The translations under genes and the position numbers were made by a program. Under the pieces are notes generated by a model. It was not told the DNA's origin, made no database searches, and worked only from the letters and a program-made list of their open reading frames with translations. This document shows positions 54,679 to 64,000 of a stretch of 64,000 nt of DNA, piece after piece. The DNA is from Lytechinus pictus. Lineage: Eukaryota. The DNA lies in NCBI RefSeq assembly GCF_037042905.1, contig NC_087251.1, positions 32,366,001 to 32,430,000 of the forward strand, in the 5' to 3' direction. Each line of letters starts with the position of its first letter. The first letter of the stretch is position 1.

Positions 54679-56423
54679 CGGGACCATTTAGGGCTGCTTT
54701 TATGGAAAATCAAATATACATGTACATGTATTTCGCAGTTTATGTTACATGCTAATTTCTATTGTCTTCTGCGATATTTTCTTACAAAACTTTTTTTATT
54801 TTTTCTAATCATTTCGCATAAGAATTGTATTCAAAATTGTTTTAAATTAAAAATGCTTCGATAATCAAAGTTTATTAGATTTCTGTATGATAACTTTTTC
54901 GACATAGAACGTGAATACATGTTAAACGGACAGAGAAATATATATATATAACTGTGACTATAGAGGTAATTAAAGATGCTAGAATATAAAAAAACGAGAA
55001 TGGCACATGTAAATGTCTATCTTGATTTTTTCACAGAAGAGATATAAATAGCTTATTTTAGAATGCAAATAAAGTCATACTTATGTATCCCTTTGAACAA
55101 ACAAACGTTGGGGAGTTTTGAAAAATAGTTATTATCCATAAGAATCTTATCATAGCTTCGAATCATAGTACTTCAACTTGTTTTGCTGATAATCTTCCCA
55201 TTAAAGTGCTAATTGCACTCACGTCACCTTACTCTTCTGTGACAATGTTTTAATCTACATTAAAATTTCATTGAAATATATGCCTTGAAATTACATTTTA
55301 AAAATCATTCCGTAAAGATGTTACTAGATGTGATCCACTCAGACACATCTTAAGCTGTTAAGGCTTTCAAGTTTCTTTCCTCTTCAGGTTAATTGAACTT
55401 CGATGACTAAGGACTTTTAGTTTAACGGTGCATTTTTACTCGAAACATATCACGGGATGTTTAGCAGAGATCTCAAAATTAGAAGATTAAAGAAAAATGA
55501 TGATTATTCCTTAACACCCCCCTCCCCCTGCCTCCTCCTCCTTAATTTCTTTAAGCACCACTTTGTGCTGGTTTCTATTTCTACTCAGTTTTGCTGGAAT
55601 TTTGCCTTTATCTTTTTCTGTCTGATAATAAACAATTCCCTGCTCAACAAAGACAATATTTCCTCGTAAAGTAATGTAAAAAAAAAAAAAAAACGATAAT
55701 GTAGTATACCCCACTCTCATATTACCCAAAACTAATTTCCTTAAGTCACGTATAATATTTGGCAATTCTGCGAGCATGAAAACATGGGGAAATTGTTCTT
55801 TAGGGACTAAGATTGATGAAATATTTTTTTTCGACGTATAGGATAATTACACCATTCAAGATCATAGGCAACAATTTCATGTATCGGAAACAGGATAATT
55901 GAATTCCTGCATGTTGCATACTTAAAATATTGCGTTGTAGATCTTGTATAAAAACCAAAGGCGATAAGAAATCTAATTATCAAAGCTCTGTGTATTGTGT
56001 ACATTTTATCCATAATAAACAAGATTACAAGAGGTTATCAAGTCATATTGTGACGTAAATGTTCACACACATAATTATAATCTTTTTAGTCGGAAGGAAA
56101 AGAAATACATTTGGATGTGAAAGGGGTGTAATGCAGCCTGTGAGAATGGGCAAGGACTAATACGATTTACAGATGAATTGTTTTGTCCAAACCACGAACG
56201 AATTTTAAAAAGTGTCCTGATGATAAAATCAGTCATTATCATCGCCATTTCATCTTATTAACCTTAGATGAGTAGTCTCCCGCTATATAGCGTTTGGGTT
56301 TTTATAATTATCATCACACATAGAAGAGAAGATACTGGCCTTGTTATGCCCTGGTTTTTTTATCAAGAATAAAATCCTTGTTCTCGTTTTAGGGTGTTCT
56401 ACACACACACACCCACACATCCT

Positions 56424-56454
<31 letters not shown>

Positions 56455-59400
56455 TATACTTATTAAAAGGGTGGGTCGAATTATTGAAGTAATATTACCT
56501 TCCTTGGTGAACGTTATGCTCTTTATATATTTAACTCCATTGTTGAGCATAATATTCTCATGTTTTCGTGAAAGCGAGAGATCTATTTAATGAAGCCATC
56601 GTGTTGTTACTCACTATCTATCACGTGATATTAAGCATTTATAAATGAATAGTATGACTGATTTATCAAGACTGATCAGGTTTGGAAGCAGATAAGGAGG
56701 CGGCTAAATATATTTTCAATATGAGTTATAGTGAACCGGCAAACCAAAAAGGTTCGGGTCACATAATATCTAGCAAGGTAAATCATTAGCTTTCGTCGCA
56801 CTGCAATATCGCCCAATTACAAGCATTATTTTGTGTCAGGCAGCCAAATTTCCATTTGCGGGCGACTAGTTCTTGACATGAGACCCTTTTCTCACTTATC
56901 CATGAAGATGATATCAAAATCATTTATCAAAGTATAAGCGCCAGCAGATCTTTCTATATATAGATACCGAAGACCTGTAAGTAGCATTTATTTCCCGAAT
57001 GGGTTGTTGAAAACTTTTGTGCAAGATGAAGAAAGCGGATGCATGCGGTGAAAATGCAATTACATAGAAGTAAATTCTTGAAGATCTTGCTTCACTTTAA
57101 ACAAGATTTGAGCTTTTTAACATTATAAAGGCCTGCATTTTTCTTCTTCAAGCTACATCATAGGAGGAACACATTCATACTGATTTTCACGTTTAGAAGA
57201 ATATTAAATCTTCACCCAGTAAAACAAAGATTATAGATTGATTGTAGAGTCGATTTTTAGGGCTGATTACCGACTGATAGCATCAATGGTCAGAACTGGT
57301 ATCAATCGCTACGATTTGTGTTACGGTATCATGTGGTTGTACAAGATCATTATTCATATTAAAAAAAAATCAACATTTCAACATGTTCAAGGGAGAATTG
57401 TATTCTATTTCGGGAAAATACACGTTTTTAGTTACCAATAATAGTGTGAAAAGGAAGGGTTATATCTGTCTCTCTCACTCTGCTCGAGAACACTGTCGCC
57501 TTCCCATATTTCTGTTCTGGAATAATACCTTCCTTTTTATTTTTTTTTCGCATCAGAATAGTTAATATTGTTGCAACCATAAGCATATCGTGCTGATAGC
57601 TAAATTTTGCATTATATGAATGAACTGAACTAGAGTTGCTTTAGCTTGACTCTTTGCTCGCCTAAAGCTAGTTTACATCTTTAAAAAGTGACATCCACGC
57701 TGCTGTGTACACAATGGCATGGTGCAATCTATAGTCTTGCCTCTGTTTCCGTGGACATAATAATGATAATAAAATTAATCTGTAGTTTGTGCATTTGATT
57801 TTCCTAGAAAATATATGGCTATAGGTAAATGTACTTAAATACTCATACTTATCACTATATTCAGATAAAGATCATATTTTTTTATTGTTCGTCCCGTTAT
57901 TTTTCTTGCTTTGTGACTTTGTGACTTTGTCACTAATTATGGGGAGGGTGGGGAATGCCGCTACTTTAATAAGTAGTGTAAAAAGGGCAAAAAGGAGGAG
58001 AAAATGAAAAAAAGGCAAGAAAAAAAGATGGTAGAAGAATATACTATTAAAAGGAGAGATCTGGGCGGTTTAACTCTATAACATCTCCATAAGGTAAAGA
58101 TAGGGCGTCACCTTTGATTCATCTTGCCCATACAACATATCCTGGCGCCTCTTCTGCTTCTTTGTACACCAAGAGTAGATAACTGATATTGACTATGAAT
58201 TAACCGCCTCCCCCCCCAAAAAAAAAAATATATATATATTAGCTACTTGGCTCTTATATGCTTTCAATGTATTACTATGTAAAGGTAAATCCCGCCAAAC
58301 CCAACGAGAAAGCTATATCTAACATGCGTTCTAAACAGATGTAAAATGACTGCATGAAAATGCAAGATAACTTTCCCTTGAACAATAGCCATATCGCCAT
58401 CTGATCTGGACGATGTGTCGTCTCTTCTGTATGCTTAATCAACTACAAGTTAAAGTTACAAACTAATTGAGAGGACTGAGGTCCAATCCATGTGTCATGT
58501 GTATTAGATGGTCATGTAAAAGGTCGATTTCCATCTACGTAAATAATTTTATCTGATTGATACGAGTCTGTAAAAATAACAAATTTATCAATATCTTTAC
58601 CTTGGTAATATCATAATTCACTTTTGAAATTTCACCTTCCTTGCTATCCATCTGAACATAAAATATGCTACTGACGTAGATTAGAAACTCCATCGAAATG
58701 TTTAACATTGCTTTTAGAAAGTTTCTAAAACCCTTTGAATACAAAACACTTTTAATAGATATTATATCGTCGATTTATCGCCAGATACTTAGTTTTTTCG
58801 TCAGCACTGCAAAGGTTACTTTTTGTTATTTAGAGGAAACTAGAGATTGAAGAAGGAGACTATCAGTGCCACGCGTGGACACCATCGATTAGCTTGTTGC
58901 TATGGTGATTATTGTTGGGGTTCTGACGTCAGTGGTGAGGCTTGCCTCTCTCTTGACATACAGGGTTCTTTTTTTTTTTGCTTTAGTCATTATTCTGGCA
59001 CGTCGCGTGCTCTTATCGAGGGTACACCATGAAAAATAGATTTAAGGAAAACTTGCGATCGTATAATTGAAGAGTTTTTGACATGAATTACTCATGAAAT
59101 TCAAAGGCCGCTTTGAAAAGAAAACGTGTTCTGAAAATAAAAACTGCCTACATGTCTGTCCAGAACAGCTATTCAAAACGTTAACACTCCGCTGATATCC
59201 GAATCGCTGATAATTATGGTCAAAGTTGGAGCCGTTCTAAATTGAGTATGCTTTGGTATCATAATACAAAAATTCTGAACTAATGAATTTTCGTATTATA
59301 GGCTCATATAGCAGAATTAATATCATTCCCATACGGAGATATGTCTGGAAAATGCAATGTACTGTAGAATATGAAAGCTGTCTGTTTATCATTCAGTGAT

Positions 59401-60572
59401 AATCTCGACACTTATCACATCGTAATGGTTTCTCTTTTATTTCTTTTTTTAAATGAGCAGAATATTCATTGTTTAATATTTATTCAATGTTCATTTTATA
59501 AAGTACTGAGAGAAAAGACAAACAAATAACAAAAACAGTTGAGAACAGAATTTCCATATATCAGAACAGATATTTCGCATTAATTGAATGAAAAGTGAAT
59601 TCTTGGTAATCTTGTGTCATCGTGCTTCATGTAATCAGCATTTTAATATACAATATTTTATTCAAAGCACAAATAAGCACAGCCGAAAATCAAAAATCGG
59701 CGGGGGAACAATTTAAACCATGAACTATTTATTTATGAAAAGAAATATCTCTTGCAAGAAAAATTATCATTGGATGAAAATATTAATAACAATCAAAACT
59801 GCAATGGAAATGACGAAAACAAAGACAATGATATTGATTACATTTAGTATGATCGTCATTGTAATCGAAAGTGATGATGAATCTTTTTAAAGGATGTCAA
59901 ATAAATGAATTGAATTGAATTGAAAAAATAAATAATTTCAAAACTATATAAAGAGACCGACGAATAAATAGAAAAATGAATGTGTCAAGATATGAACAAA
60001 TACAATAACTCATTACTAGATGGATGAATAAAAGAGTAAATAAGCAATGAAAGAGAAGGCGATTTTCAATTGATGGCAGATACTAACGCATTATAATTTC
60101 AGGTAAATACTTCCGTCTCAATCAGTGCCCCCCCCCTTATATAACTGGTCTGAAATATGTTTAGTAAATTCACAATGTTTTTTTAAATTGATCTTTCCCA
60201 TGAAATATGTACTTCATGGATTGCAGTCCAAATCAATAAAATAGCGATGTAATTAGATGAAATTATGCAGTGGAAGTCTACCTTCTTTATTTTCTTTAAG
60301 TATTCTTCTGTCGGCAATTTTCATTTTCGCGCATGCCTCGAATTGGAGCAAGAATAACACATAGCCTAAAACCTCGCAATGTTAATGAATAGGCTTGTGA
60401 AGCGTCATGAAATTAATCAAGCGAAATTCACTTTATCCAACAGTAAATTTTAATTACTCAGAATCACTCCATTTTGGTATACACACACGCACCCGACCAC
60501 CCTCATACCCAAATACCCCCCCCCCCCCACACACACACACACACCCGCAAACACTTATCACCATAACCCTTG

Positions 60573-60895
60573 GGCCCGTATTCTGAAGTCGGGTTTAATC
60601 TAAACTATGGTTTTCAGTTGTGGTTTAACTATGGAAAGCCAATTGTTAAATAAATCTATAACAGTAGAGGTTCAATGTATCAGCTCATTATTTTGACTCC
60701 CAAAACATTATTAAATGCCTGGGAAGGATAAATTTGACAGTTGTCTTCACTCTTCACCATTAAAGAATTAGTAAAGAGCACAGTAAACATGAGAAGCATT
60801 CAATGTAAACAAAATTTTGAACCGTTTGGCTTCCCATAATTTCAGCACAGAGTTAGGCCATGGTCTCAGTTAAACCCGACATAGGAATACGGGCC
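60573..60895. mobile_element. PIF/Harbinger-like MITE
   Basis: GGCCCGTATTCTGAAGTCGGGTTTAA ... TTAAACCCGACATAGGAATACGGGCC. Confidence 0.85.
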
Positions 60896-60943
60896 ATAAA
60901 GTCTTACAAACGGATACACCATCCCCACACACAGTCTCCAGCT

Positions 60944-60974
<31 letters not shown>

Positions 60975-63765
60975 GGGGGGGGTTATCTCCTCTTGAAACA
61001 CAATTACATAATTTTTATCTTTACAAGGAAAGGTTCAGAAAATCATGTTATATTGCCCAAATAGTCAACTCCAGTAACACCAGTAATAAACAAAATATCT
61101 GGCAGTCTTTCGTTCCTGCCATCACGCACGCGCATAGCCCACACTCACTCAAACCTGCACACCCACACAATATCTACGCAGTCATAATTCTTCTCGTTAT
61201 TAGATCCCGTAGAATTATCAATATGAGATCGATAATTATTAAATGGAGACCCATTTTTGTTTATTCGCATTGACTGGGAGGGGTTGGAGTTCCTCGCGAT
61301 CATCCGGAAAATGGAAGGAAATTATTTCCCCTTAACTGAACACTGCGCTGAACCAGTATACAGGGATGGATCACTCTGTAACAGGTGAATAATAAGTAAT
61401 ACCTCACAACTGACAATGATAAGTTAAGAGAGGTGGACTTTAAAAGGTTTCGTAATAATTTTCATAAGTAACTAAGAAATAAATCATAACTGTTAATGCA
61501 ATGATTAGTTAAAGTTATATGCAATAGCATATAAAGTTGCCAGGGAATGAATTATTGGGTTATAGATTTTATACATATCACGTATCTGAGGTGACTTCCT
61601 TTGATTCTTTCAATAGACGTGGTAGAGTTTTGTAATATATAAAGGTATTTGCTTTTATACATCATTTTGCTTACCGATGCAAAAATTTCATATACCTATC
61701 CCGATTTATAATGTTTGTATAAGTTGATTGTTATTTGCAAATGTTATTGTAATTATGACCGTTTCATTTTGTTCTGCTGGAAATAAAAATATACAAATTT
61801 GAAAATTCGAAGTTCAATAAATGATTAAGATATGTAGTTTTATGTTCCTCATAACACAATAAAATTATGACAAATATGCCTTCTTGTGCAGATATATTAA
61901 GCGTTGATGTATTCTTAAATGTAACATGTTGAATTCAGACATGAAACTAAAAATGTTATAAAATGAAATCTAATTACATTAATTTATCCTAGTATTTGGT
62001 ATCGAAATACACTAATATTCCACACTTTAATCAGCCTACGCTCCTTCTCAATTTATTTCCATTAAGACTATGATTTATTACAACTCAAAATTTATGGGGT
62101 CTATAAATCACGCATATTATGTTATGCTATAAGTAGCTATAATCCAATCTTACGATTAAATTGGAAATACTACGAAAGTCTTAAAAGTTTGTAAACGTAG
62201 GTGGTATCACGTTAGCTGCCCTAGGTAAACAATATCCATGAGGGGCGTGGCGACACAGGATTAAGCTGGGGACTATAGCACCTAAGTGATAAAAAAGGAA
62301 GACAAGCGAAGAAAATATGAAGAAAATATGAAATAAAATGTTTGATAAGAAATATAAAATAATGTGTACACATTGTTTTATTTTAAAAGAAAACAAAACT
62401 ATTTACTCGCGTTGGGGCCACCTTCGTACCTCCTCAAATTATGTGTATAACTTACTTGTTTAGTGATTTTATTGTCTTCTGAAATGTAAGAATCGCAATC
62501 CAGTTGCCTTGATATTAATATCAAATTGTTAATTGAATTAATTAATAGCATATAATTAATATTGAAAACATCAAATCAAACAGCCGATGTGACAAGGAGT
62601 ATCATTTTTCAGCATTTGAAAATTTCGCATTTTTAAAAAATCAATGCGTCATCCTGTTCATCGATAATTCAACTGAATGGTTGATGAATATTTCAATATC
62701 TCTCGTATTTCTATTTCTACGTTATCGTGAGCGATTTCGAATGATGATAAACCCCTTTCAATCCCCAAACTTGTCTCATGTATGAGAAAATGCTGGCTTT
62801 AAAACAAACGAAGGTTTTAAACTACTGCTAAAGTGATCAGGGCAGATCGTCACGAGAGTTCATATCTTTCTAAGAATGATATTAACTCTCACGAAGTCAT
62901 TTTAACCTAGGACATATCATGTGATGGGTAGGAGGATTAGAATTTGAATGATAATGCAAAATAGTCAATGAGGTCATTGTCTTCGTGCGTTATAGAGATA
63001 ATACTACGTATTCATTCGACTTTTGCCACTTTTTAGTCTCCTACCTAATTAGAGCTGGATCTTCCCCATGATAGTTTCACCATAAAAGAATTCTTTCATG
63101 TAGCACATAAGTCTTATCATGGAATTTATGAATTATAAATGAATATAAATTCTTCACTTAACATGGTTGATTATTATTCGAAGTTTTAATCTAATATTGT
63201 GATTTTTGAAGGCAAATCTTCTAAAACATTTTTACCCTCTCCCTAAAAGAATGTTCATCATGGTAAATTGGTAATGGTTCTCTTTTTTTACTCGCTGATG
63301 TTGGCAGTGGTGAAAGTGATTATAAAATGTTTTCATATAAGCAGATATGAAAATATAACGTTTCTGTGTGTGTGTGTTTGTTTGTTTTCTTTTTTGCTGT
63401 GATACCACCATCTCTTACCTCGAGTAATTAATCACAATAATAAATATGCCCTTTAAAATTGAAAACCGCTCATATCGGCATTCATTTATGATCGAGGAAT
63501 CGAGCGGTACATTCCACCAAATCGCCAGGGATATCCTTAATTGAAAAGTGAGTATAAATCAGGTTAAACTAGATCAACTTGATGTTTGTAGGTTGCTATT
63601 GTTCATGCCACAATCATACTATCCATGCAACTGTTTTACATCAAATATCATATTCATTATATGAGGAACAGTCATTCTCTCCTCTTTCACAGAGATTTAC
63701 TGTAGCTAAAAATCGCGCTTAAATTCTAAGTTCCGCGTGGAAAATAACGCGTCACGTATAGGTCT

Positions 63766-63929
63766 GGGGGGGGGGGCGTTTCATGAAAGGACTTGTCGGA
63801 CGTTTTATCCGACAAGTCCCATTTTATCCGACAGTTACCATAGGAACAGTGCCTCTCTGCCAATTAAAATCATGGAGAGATGTCAGATCTGACAACTTGT
63901 CGGATGAAAATATTGATGAAACGCTCCCC
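63766..63929. mobile_element. PIF/Harbinger-like MITE
   Basis: ct|GGGG..GCGTTTCAT ... ATGAAACGCTCCCC|ag, with internal ttgtcgga/tccgaca repeats. Confidence 0.85.
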
Positions 63930-64000
63930 AGATCACGATCGTAAGACGCGCTCTCCCGGAATTTACGCGTTAGATATGACGTGTGCGTTGGTCTTCGGTA

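Noticed and set aside
162..62396. Numerous 60-170 aa ORFs in the supplied track
   Set aside because: They are low-complexity, microsatellite- or repeat-derived, often with non-ATG starts, and show no recognisable domains apart from the LINE pieces.

Overview
This is AT-rich eukaryotic (metazoan) non-coding DNA. The repeat content suggests an invertebrate deuterostome such as a sea urchin, but that is inference. No host protein-coding gene can be confidently called, so the window looks like a large intron or gene desert. The only recognisable protein coding is retrotransposon: a 5'-truncated, decayed CR1/L2-group LINE on the minus strand (~20.2-23.6 kb, APE endonuclease + RT, three lesions) and a short RT relic (~17 kb). 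The rest is a dense set of non-autonomous elements: about 15 MITEs of several TIR/TSD classes, three tRNA-derived SINE loci, a Crypton-like element, tandem duplications and long microsatellites. The most notable observations are: (1) two 26-28 bp CATGGAG hairpins, each with a perfect 7-bp target duplication, resembling P-superfamily excision footprints; (2) a 3' stem-loop with a CTA bulge and compensatory changes shared by the LINE, two different SINEs and an orphan tail; (3) a nested fold-back structure present in only one copy of an old duplication at 3-4.7 kb; (4) a cluster of RFX X-box-like motifs.
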